Of a DNA stretch of 64,000 bases, positions 10,400-17,437 are shown one piece after another. Made by a program: the position numbers and the translations under genes. The DNA lies in the IMG/VR virus record IMGVR_UViG_3300047564_002155, positions 1 to 64,000 of that record; one strand, written 5' to 3'. The DNA is from a virus. Numbering within the stretch: position 1 is the first letter of the stretch; the number at the start of each line of letters is the position of its first letter. The notes under the pieces are model-generated. The model was not told the origin of the DNA and searched no databases. It saw only the letters and a list, made by a program, of their open reading frames with translations.

Positions 10400-11136
10400 A
10401 ATTAGATAAGGTATATATCATTACATTGGACCAATCGGATGAGAACCAAAAGTCTATTTTAGAAAGATTGGTTTTTATGGGTGTTCCAAATGAAACGACC
10501 TATATAATTTTTGATGGTGTAAATGGTCGTGAATTATTTTCTACCGAGCAAGGTCGTTTAGACTACGGAATTAAATTCTACGATGGTTGGAAGTTGAATG
10601 ACTCAAATGATTTTTGGAATCGTGCAGTCACAACTGGCGAAGCTGGTGGTATGTGTTCCCATATTAAAGTGTGGGAAGACGCCTATACAAATGGATATGA
10701 AAATATTTTAATTCTTGAAGATGATTACAATCCCGAGCAACCATTTCCGTGGAGTGTATGTGATGAGTTAGAAAACTACGAATACGATATTTTGTTTCTA
10801 TCAAGAAAATTACAAAGTGGTCATTACGACATTGAAATTGGATTTGATAATTTTGTAGTTCCTGGTTACTCATATCAAACACATTCTTACATAGTATCCA
10901 AATCGGGACTGAAAAAATTAGTAGAAACGCATCTACCAACTCTAAAACAAAACATAGTAGTATCGGATGAGTTTTTACCTGCAACCTATACAACACACCC
11001 ACGAGAAGACATTCGTAATATGTATCAACGAAATATCAGCGCTCTGGCTTATAGATACAACCTCATAACACAATTACGATTTGAAGCTTTAGGAAATTCA
11101 CTAACATCTCCTATTCAAGGAATAGATTATTATTAA
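10396..11136 (+). CDS. glycosyltransferase family 25
   Basis: VYIITL, DGVNG, GE.G.MCSHIKVW, ILILEDD, THSYIVS. Confidence 0.88.
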   Translation: MKLDKVYIITLDQSDENQKSILERLVFMGVPNETTYIIFDGVNGRELFSTEQGRLDYGIKFYDGWKLNDSNDFWNRAVTTGEAGGMCSHIKVWEDAYTNGYENILILEDDYNPEQPFPWSVCDELENYEYDILFLSRKLQSGHYDIEIGFDNFVVPGYSYQTHSYIVSKSGLKKLVETHLPTLKQNIVVSDEFLPATYTTHPREDIRNMYQRNISALAYRYNLITQLRFEALGNSLTSPIQGIDYY

Positions 11137-11138
11137 TT

Positions 11139-11459
11139 ATGACTGAACAAGAATTACACAAGCTATTAGAAATCCAATACCTAAAGGGTCGTTTGGATGA
11201 ACTACACAAAGCGTTTCCAACGGTGATTGATTTACATCGCTCTCGTAAATTAGATGCTCGTATTCAAAAATATTACGACAAACTCAAGAACACGGATGAA
11301 ATGGCATATCACTTATATTTGGTGGAACGACACAACCAACAAGTGTCCAAAGAAAAATCTCAAAAGCATATGAAAGACTTGTTGGAATCAATCATCCCAC
11401 AATTGGGTGATATGGAACTGATAAATAAAATTAAAAAACAAATTGAAACTTATATTTAA
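11139..11459 (+). CDS. hypothetical protein
   Basis: ORF track. Confidence 0.6.
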   Translation: MTEQELHKLLEIQYLKGRLDELHKAFPTVIDLHRSRKLDARIQKYYDKLKNTDEMAYHLYLVERHNQQVSKEKSQKHMKDLLESIIPQLGDMELINKIKKQIETYI

Positions 11460-11465
11460 ATAAAA

Positions 11466-11497
11466 TTTGGCAATATCAAATTAGTTTCGTATATTTG
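11466..11497 (+). promoter_or_regulatory. sigma-A-type promoter of tRNA cluster
   Basis: TTTG-N20-TATATTTG ending 13 nt before tRNA-Leu. Confidence 0.8.
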
Positions 11498-11510
11498 TAT
11501 CAACAAAAAT

Positions 11511-11596
11511 GCCGATGTGGTGAAATAGGTAGACACAAGGGACTTAAAATCCCTCGCTCAGTAATGAGTGTGCCGGTTCAAGTCCGGCCATCGGTA
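11511..11596 (+). tRNA. tRNA-Leu(TAA)
   Basis: cloverleaf, AGGGA-CT-TAA-AA-TCCCT, long variable arm. Confidence 0.93.
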
Positions 11597-11644
11597 CACG
11601 GAAACCCACATAGAGTTCTTTGATTTATTGGTTTTTAAAAAAAC

Positions 11645-11718
11645 GCCCCGATAGCTCAGCTGAATAGAGCAACGCACTTCTAATGCGTAGGTCGCAGGTT
11701 TGAATCCTGCTCGGGGTA
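11645..11718 (+). tRNA. tRNA-Arg(TCT)
   Basis: ACGCA-CT-TCT-AA-TGCGT; T-loop TTTGAAT. Confidence 0.92.
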
Positions 11719-11743
11719 CTCCCAGGCGTGTACAATCAACACC

Positions 11744-11770
11744 AAGGTTATGGTTGTCCTTTAACAACCA
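11744..11770 (+). ncRNA. putative H-type pseudoknot upstream of tRNA-Pro
   Basis: AAGG/CCTT + TGGTTGT/ACAACCA. Confidence 0.55.
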
Positions 11771-11773
11771 GTT

Positions 11774-11846
11774 AGGGAAGTAGCGCAGATGGTAGCGCAC
11801 CGCATTTGGGATGCGGGGGTCGCAGGTTCAAGTCCTGTCTTCCCTA
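11774..11846 (+). tRNA. tRNA-Pro(TGG)
   Basis: CCGCA-TT-TGG-GA-TGCGG. Confidence 0.92.
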
Positions 11847-11938
11847 CAAACAGTACTTACTACGCTACCCATAAGAACAGCGTCCCAGGGTAAGTCATTT
11901 ACGAGGGTAGGTAGTTGCAAATGCCTATCCTCACTTAA

Positions 11939-12021
11939 TGGAAGGTGGGTGAGTGGTTAAAACCGGCAGACTGTAACTCTGCTCCCTTACGGGTACGGCG
12001 GTTCAAATCCGTCCCTTCCAA
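11939..12021 (+). tRNA. tRNA-Tyr(GTA)
   Basis: GCAGA-CT-GTA-AC-TCTGC, variable arm. Confidence 0.9.
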
Positions 12022-12032
12022 CTAAATAATAT

Positions 12033-12104
12033 GCTCCGTTAGTGAAGAGGTTATCACACATCCCTTTCACGGATGAGTCAGGGGTTCAATTCCCCTACGG
12101 AGTA
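12033..12104 (+). tRNA. tRNA-Glu(TTC)
   Basis: CATCC-CT-TTC-AC-GGATG. Confidence 0.9.
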
Positions 12105-12145
12105 CAATGATTAAGTTTCTTTTACATACTTATTCACACAACAAC

Positions 12146-12232
12146 GGAGGTTTGGCAGAGTGGTTGAATGCGGCAGTCTTGAAAACTGTTTTACGAGAAA
12201 TTGTAACCGGGGTTCAAATCCCTGAGCCTCCG
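12146..12232 (+). tRNA. tRNA-Ser(TGA)
   Basis: GCAGT-CT-TGA-AA-ACTGT, long variable arm, G73. Confidence 0.92.
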
Positions 12233-12244
12233 CTAAAAAAAAGA

Positions 12245-12276
12245 TTTGGCAATATGAAATTTATTTCGTATATTTG
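12245..12276 (+). promoter_or_regulatory. sigma-A-type promoter
   Basis: TTTG-N20-TATATTTG. Confidence 0.8.
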
Positions 12277-12286
12277 TCAAACAATT

Positions 12287-12358
12287 GCGGAAAAAGACTT
12301 AAAAGAAAGTCGCTTATCATCCAGATAAGAGGAGTTGGGGCAGTTCCAACTTTCCGCT
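12287..12358 (+). tRNA. non-canonical tRNA-Gly(TCC)-like RNA
   Basis: GCGGAAA/TTTCCGC acceptor + T73, GACTT/AAGTC D-stem, CTTAT-CA-TCC-AG-ATAAG, GTTGG-GGCAGTT-CCAAC T-arm. Confidence 0.7.
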
Positions 12359-12416
12359 CAAACAAGGATGTGTTCTTTGTCGTTTTATGTTTAACAATTT
12401 AATGTAAAGTTTTCGT

Positions 12417-12584
12417 ATGAAGAAAATCATTGCAATGTTCGCTATCGCAGCATCAGTTGCTGCTTGTAGTGAAGCTACTGAAGAAGTAGTAGTTGAAGAA
12501 ACCACCGTAGACACTACGGCTGTTGTAGATTCTGCTGCTATTGAAGTAGAAGAAGTAGAAGGCGTAGAAGCTGCCGCTGAATAA
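12417..12584 (+). CDS. small acidic lipoprotein (55 aa; absent from ORF track)
   Basis: MKKIIAMFAIAASVAA-C-SEATEEVVVEETTVDTTAVVDSAA...; lipobox VAAC. Confidence 0.8.
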   Translation: MKKIIAMFAIAASVAACSEATEEVVVEETTVDTTAVVDSAAIEVEEVEGVEAAAE

Positions 12585-12608
12585 TATAAAGAGCTGAGTC
12601 TAGCCGAT

Positions 12609-12640
12609 GGGTTTTGATAGTTGAACCCTAATCAACTATC
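12609..12640 (+). ncRNA. putative H-type pseudoknot upstream of tRNA-Thr
   Basis: GGGT/ACCC + GATAGTTGA/TCAACTATC. Confidence 0.55.
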
Positions 12641-12644
12641 GTAA

Positions 12645-12717
12645 GCCTCCATAGCTCAGTTGGTAGAGCTACTGATTTGTAATCAGTAGGTCGCTGGTTC
12701 AAGTCCGGCTGGAGGCT
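12645..12717 (+). tRNA. tRNA-Thr(TGT)
   Basis: ACTGA-TT-TGT-AA-TCAGT. Confidence 0.93.
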
Positions 12718-12798
12718 CAAGGTATGAATTGAAGACAGTAATAAAACCGACTGCGGTGTTCTTTATGAACGAGTGTAACCGGATATTCATATCCCATT

Positions 12799-12872
12799 GG
12801 GGGTATAGCTCAGTTGGCTAGAGCATCTGCTTTGCACGCAGAGGGTCGGGGGTTCAAATCCCTCTATCTCCA
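12799..12872 (+). tRNA. tRNA-Ala(TGC)
   Basis: TCTGC-TT-TGC-AC-GCAGA; G3:U70. Confidence 0.93.
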
Positions 12873-12934
12873 CCTTGCATGCCATGCGAAGGTTTCTTTG
12901 TTCCTTGGGAAAAACAAAGTGGAGCTACAGTGGC

Positions 12935-12960
12935 GGGTTGCTGTTGTCCCACAACAACAG
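12935..12960 (+). ncRNA. putative H-type pseudoknot upstream of tRNA-Gly(GCC)
   Basis: GGG/CCC + CTGTTGT/ACAACAG. Confidence 0.55.
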
Positions 12961-12963
12961 GGT

Positions 12964-13036
12964 GCGGTAATAGCTCAGTTGGTAGAGCATAACCTTGCCA
13001 AGGTTAGGGTCGCAGGTTCAAGTCCTGTTTACCGCT
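12964..13036 (+). tRNA. tRNA-Gly(GCC)
   Basis: TAACC-TT-GCC-AA-GGTTA. Confidence 0.93.
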
Positions 13037-13156
13037 CAAGTAGACCTTTAAAAGGGCCCTTCCGTGTTACACGGCTTGTTGGGCCCGGGTCTACGACCTA
13101 ATTAAATTTTAAAATAATAATTTAATAATTATTAACCGAACGATATCACTAAATTT

Positions 13157-13228
13157 TGCCCTATCGTCTAATTGGCAGGACATCTGATTTTGGTTCAGCG
13201 AATTGAGGTTCAAATCCTTGTGGGGCAA
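13157..13228 (+). tRNA. tRNA-Gln(TTG)
   Basis: TCTGA-TT-TTG-GT-TCAGC; U1-A72. Confidence 0.9.
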
Positions 13229-13247
13229 CAAATATTTACGGAGTTAT

Positions 13248-13748
13248 ATGAAGAACCTATTAAATTGGTTTAAATTTTTACTACCTCAAAAGAAATTCAA
13301 TCCATCTATCATTGAGGATTATAAATTGATTTTTGAGCATACTGAATATAAAAAACATAGACTTTCCGGCTATACCGAATGGAAAGTTGAACGCAGCATT
13401 TTAAAATCCAATAAAGAATACAAATACGGATATTTTGAAATCCAAACTGATGGTGATGCTATTTTAGCATCAGATAGGATATTTGGTTTAAATATTTCGT
13501 TGAATAGTAATGGTTGGTTTTTCTTTTCAACTTTGGAACCTGAAATGAAGAAGGTTTGGAAACACCATAATAAAAACAAATCCGTTAAGTATGGATTGTT
13601 GTGGACTCCAAGCCGAATCATCGTTTTTATAAACGACACTATGTTATATGATACATCAGATATTGATATTGTTAAATATTATATTGAACCTATGAAGATA
13701 ATCACATCCAAAGAATGTGAATATATAAAGGTATACCAAAAAAAATGA
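13248..13748 (+). CDS. degenerate GH16/ConA-like protein
   Basis: YKYGYFEI and YGLLWTPSRIIVFIND resemble GH16 strands; no EIDIxE catalytic motif; start moved past tRNA-Gln. Confidence 0.5.
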   Translation: MKNLLNWFKFLLPQKKFNPSIIEDYKLIFEHTEYKKHRLSGYTEWKVERSILKSNKEYKYGYFEIQTDGDAILASDRIFGLNISLNSNGWFFFSTLEPEMKKVWKHHNKNKSVKYGLLWTPSRIIVFINDTMLYDTSDIDIVKYYIEPMKIITSKECEYIKVYQKK

Positions 13749-13771
13749 TATTTTGATTAAAAATAATTAAG

Positions 13772-13809
13772 AGGGGGCTTGTTTAAGTCCCCTTTTTTTA
13801 TTATCTTTA
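13772..13809 (+). terminator. intrinsic terminator overlapping a TTG...TATCTTTA promoter
   Basis: GGGGGCTT-GTTT-AAGTCCCC + T-run. Confidence 0.75.
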
Positions 13810-13828
13810 CATCGTAATAATTATTGAT

Positions 13829-13981
13829 ATGGCTAAGACATATAAAGACAAGTTGAAATTCAATGGTGATTGGACTGTTGGTGAAGCAGCCCATCATATC
13901 GGTAAGAAGACTACTACCAAAACACACAAGTCCGAACGAATGTATAATCGGAAAAATAAATCGTGGAAGCAAGAAATTTAA
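13829..13981 (+). CDS. small basic protein (50 aa; absent from ORF track)
   Basis: MAKTYKDKLKFNGDWTVGEAAHHIGKK...KQEI downstream of promoter. Confidence 0.6.
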   Translation: MAKTYKDKLKFNGDWTVGEAAHHIGKKTTTKTHKSERMYNRKNKSWKQEI

Positions 13982-14032
13982 CAATTTGTTAACATTGACC
14001 TATTGTGTATTCAAATTATTTTCGTATCTTTG
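13978..14032 (+). promoter_or_regulatory. TTAACA-N5-TTAACA box + sigma-A promoter
   Basis: repeat at 13978/13989; TTG 14003; TATCTTTG 14025. Confidence 0.75.
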
Positions 14033-14050
14033 TATAGTAATCATTGACCT

Positions 14051-16096
14051 ATGACTAAATCAAAATCTTCTTACTCTTCGTTCTGGCTTGACAAGTCCCT
14101 ATTCCTTGATGAGGACACTACCTATGTCACCGATATAGAACGAAAGTCCTCTGACCTTATGAAATTGGTATCCTACAAACGTGCGGTATCCAACTTCGTT
14201 AATATTGTAACGGGTATGCCAATTAAGGTCACCTTTGATGAACGGGGTTCCGACTCTTACACCGATGGTACGGAAGTAGTTATCTCCGCTAAGATGGATG
14301 ATGCTGAATTTGACCCCACGGTGGGTCTGGCGCTTCACGAGGGTTCTCACATCAAACTTACTGACTTTGAGACTCTTCGTAAAATGGCTCGTGATAATTA
14401 CTTTCCATCTACTATTGATGTGAACTATCTTCGTGAAAAGATGGGTCTTGAACTTGAGTCAAGTGTTTCATCCGCTATTTACGACCAACTGAAAGACCTG
14501 CTTAATGTGGTTGAGGACCGTAGGATTGATAACTACATCTTCCAAACCGCTCCGGGCTATCGTGGTTACTACGAGTCAATGTACGATAAATACTTCAACG
14601 CCAAGATTATTGATAAAGGTCTTCAGTCTTCCGAGTATCGTGATGAGAATTGGGATTCTTACATTTTCCGAATTGCAAACATCACCAACGCAAATCGTGA
14701 CCTTGACGCTTTGAAGGGTCTTCGTGAGATTTGGAACATCCTTGACCTTAAAAATATTGGTCGGTTGAAAACTACTTGGGATGCTCTTGAGGTTGCAGGT
14801 GCTGTGTTTATGGTTTACTTTAAAAATTACATTGAGGCTAAAGAACAAGGTCAAGGTGGTGGTGATAATCAGACCGAACCAAAAGAACACGAAATGAACG
14901 GACAAGCCGATATGAGTGGTGATATGGATGACCAATCATCGGAAGGCGGTATGTCTTCTAATATGGATATGAGTGGTGAACCTACCGATAGTGGTGATGA
15001 GACTGAAGTAGAACAACTCAGCCCATCTCAAGTTGAACAACTTAAACGGGCTATTGAAAAGCAGAAGAAGTTTCAAGAAGGTGAGGTCACTAAAAAGAAA
15101 ATTGGTAAGAGTGAAAAGCGTAAGGTAGAAGCTCTTGACCGAGCTGATATTGATGTTGAGGTCACGGGTAAGGATATGACTCGTAAGTGGAATAGTTCCG
15201 CTTCGGGTGGAACCCAAACCTATGTGGTTCGTAACTTTAGTAAAGAGTTGATTTCTACCAATCAGTTTCCAATTCTTACGGATTCTGTCTGGCGGACTGA
15301 ACAAAATGTGAAAAACACCCAACGGGGTATTCAGTTGGGTATTCTCTTGGGTAAAAAACTCAAGACTCGTAATGAAGAACGCTCTTTGATTACCCCTCGT
15401 ATGAAGAGTGGTAAATTAAGTGCTCGTATGATTCACGAGATTGGGTTTGGTAACTTTGATATCTTTGAACGAACGATGGTCAACAAATCCAAGCCCGCTG
15501 TGATTCACATCACTATTGACGCTAGTGGTTCAATGGGTGGTGATAAGTGGAACAACACCCAAGTCGCAGCGGTTGCTATCGCTAAGGCGGCTTCAATGAC
15601 CCAAAACATTGATGTGGTAATTTCTTACCGAAGTACAATGGGTTATGGTAGTGATTATGTACCATTCATCTTGGTGGCTTATGATAGTCGTAAGGACAAG
15701 TTCTCTAAAATTCAGAACTTATTCCACCACATTACTCCAAACGGAACGACTCCTGAAGGTTTGTGTTTTGAGGCTGTGATGAAGGATATTATCGGATACG
15801 CTAAAGGTAGTGACGCTTACTTTATCAACTTTTCCGATGGATGTCCGACATTCTCAAACAACGACATCTACTACGAAGGTCAAGATGCTTACAATCACAC
15901 TGCCGCTCAAGTTAAGAAAATCCGCCAAGCCGGAATCAATGTCCTTTCTTACTTCATCACCGAAGGTTACTACGGAACCGACGCACAGGCCTTCAAAACG
16001 ATGTATGGTAAAGACGCTCAGTTCATCAATGTGACCGAGGTGGCTCCTCTTGCTAAAACACTTAACTCAAAGTTTGAGGCAAATTTAACAATTTGA
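14051..16096 (+). CDS. zincin (HExxH) + vWA domain protein (CobT-like)
   Basis: ALHEGSH...NVVEDRRID; acidic linker; MIDAS DASGS, GTTP, FSDG. Confidence 0.85.
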   Translation: MTKSKSSYSSFWLDKSLFLDEDTTYVTDIERKSSDLMKLVSYKRAVSNFVNIVTGMPIKVTFDERGSDSYTDGTEVVISAKMDDAEFDPTVGLALHEGSHIKLTDFETLRKMARDNYFPSTIDVNYLREKMGLELESSVSSAIYDQLKDLLNVVEDRRIDNYIFQTAPGYRGYYESMYDKYFNAKIIDKGLQSSEYRDENWDSYIFRIANITNANRDLDALKGLREIWNILDLKNIGRLKTTWDALEVAGAVFMVYFKNYIEAKEQGQGGGDNQTEPKEHEMNGQADMSGDMDDQSSEGGMSSNMDMSGEPTDSGDETEVEQLSPSQVEQLKRAIEKQKKFQEGEVTKKKIGKSEKRKVEALDRADIDVEVTGKDMTRKWNSSASGGTQTYVVRNFSKELISTNQFPILTDSVWRTEQNVKNTQRGIQLGILLGKKLKTRNEERSLITPRMKSGKLSARMIHEIGFGNFDIFERTMVNKSKPAVIHITIDASGSMGGDKWNNTQVAAVAIAKAASMTQNIDVVISYRSTMGYGSDYVPFILVAYDSRKDKFSKIQNLFHHITPNGTTPEGLCFEAVMKDIIGYAKGSDAYFINFSDGCPTFSNNDIYYEGQDAYNHTAAQVKKIRQAGINVLSYFITEGYYGTDAQAFKTMYGKDAQFINVTEVAPLAKTLNSKFEANLTI

Positions 16097-16139
16097 TAAC
16101 ATTAGACGCTTGTATATTCCGAATAATTTCGTATCTTTG
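16085..16139 (+). promoter_or_regulatory. TTAACA-N5-ATAACA box + sigma-A promoter
   Basis: repeat at 16085/16096; TTG 16110; TATCTTTG 16132. Confidence 0.75.
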
Positions 16140-16165
16140 TTAAGTAATCAGTTAATCACTCTTTT

Positions 16166-17437
16166 ATGAAAAACCAACGCTTTGTTTATGGTTCAGTTGT
16201 TGAGAAAAACGGAATCCTCCTTTTCTCTGATGTGGAAGGTAAATTGTATAATTTGCCAGAGTTAAATGAAAAGGGAAGTCCCCTTTACAAACGAGCCCGA
16301 GCGGCTGCTAACGCTCCTGGCAAGTGGGCTTTTAAAGTTCGTGTTGTTGGGACATTAAAGAGTGGTTCTTTGGGATTCACTCGTGTTGGGGTTGAGATGC
16401 TCGCTGGAGCTGAACCCGTGACCAACTTTGATAAACCAAATGGTGGTCTTGAATCTTATCTTTACAATTCTAATCCTACTACCGAACCTATGGTAACTAA
16501 TGTTCCTGAAGATGTCCTTAACTTTATTCACAATGAAGCCGAGGGTCTCAAACCCAAGATGTTGTTTATGAACTCACTCAAGTGGAAATACTTGGTTCGT
16601 AACATCATCCGTGGTAAGAACATTATGATGACCGGCCCTGCTGGTTGTGGTAAGACTATGGCTGCTAAGGCGGCTGCTAACTCCCTTGAGGGTTACAACA
16701 CCTTCATCATCAACTTGGGTGCTACACAAGACCCACGAACGACCTTGATTGGTAATACTCAATTTGATACCACGAAAGGTACGGTGTTTAACTCATCACC
16801 ATTTGTTAAGGCGATTCAGACTCCCAACATGGTGATTGTGTTGGATGAGATTACTCGTGCTCACCCAGAGGCTTGGAACATTCTGATGACGGTACTTGAC
16901 CAAGGTCAACGCTACCTACGATTGGATGAGGCTGCTGACGCTCCTGTGGTTCGTGTCGCTGATGGTGTATCGTTTATCGCTTCCGCTAACATCGGTAACG
17001 AGTACACCGCTACACGAATGCTTGACCGGGCTATCCTTGACCGATTCACTATCATTGAGATGGATACCTTGACCAAAGAAGAAGAGACCCAACTGCTTCA
17101 GATGATGTATCCTTCAGTTGAGGCTGAGTTGATTGCAAGTGTGGCTGAGATTACTTCAATGACTCGTAACGAGGTCAAAGGTGATTCTCCCAAACTTACC
17201 AACTCACTATCTACACGGGCTGCTGTGGAGATTGGTTCACTTCTCTACGATGGGTTCTCTCTTGAAGAGGCTGCTGAAATTACCATCTACCCATTCTTTG
17301 AAGAAGCCGGTGGTGCTCAATCTGAACGAGTCTACATCAAGCAGTTCGTTCAAAAGTTTATCAAGACTACATCTACCGAAGATATCTTCAATGTGGATGT
17401 TGATGTGGAAACTTACGATTACTCTAATCCTTTCTAA
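16166..17437 (+). CDS. MoxR-family AAA+ ATPase (CbbQ/NorQ/CobS-like)
   Basis: GPAGCGKT, VLDEITR, ASAN, LDRAILDRF, STR. Confidence 0.9.
   Translation: MKNQRFVYGSVVEKNGILLFSDVEGKLYNLPELNEKGSPLYKRARAAANAPGKWAFKVRVVGTLKSGSLGFTRVGVEMLAGAEPVTNFDKPNGGLESYLYNSNPTTEPMVTNVPEDVLNFIHNEAEGLKPKMLFMNSLKWKYLVRNIIRGKNIMMTGPAGCGKTMAAKAAANSLEGYNTFIINLGATQDPRTTLIGNTQFDTTKGTVFNSSPFVKAIQTPNMVIVLDEITRAHPEAWNILMTVLDQGQRYLRLDEAADAPVVRVADGVSFIASANIGNEYTATRMLDRAILDRFTIIEMDTLTKEEETQLLQMMYPSVEAELIASVAEITSMTRNEVKGDSPKLTNSLSTRAAVEIGSLLYDGFSLEEAAEITIYPFFEEAGGAQSERVYIKQFVQKFIKTTSTEDIFNVDVDVETYDYSNPF

Noticed and set aside
12925-12937. Minus-strand CCCGCCACTGTA resembling a cobalamin riboswitch segment
   Set aside because: No GGGAA/P4 T-loop or B12 box around it; antisense to the tRNA operon
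11558-13101. ORF-track entries 11558..11800, 12107..12328, 12317..12514 and 12814..13101
   Set aside because: They overlap tRNA genes or are antisense to the lipoprotein ORF; spurious
11597-13156. HDV-like (theta) or hammerhead ribozymes next to tRNAs
   Set aside because: Could not fit the nested double pseudoknot with catalytic C, or a full CUGANGA/GAAA core, in any spacer
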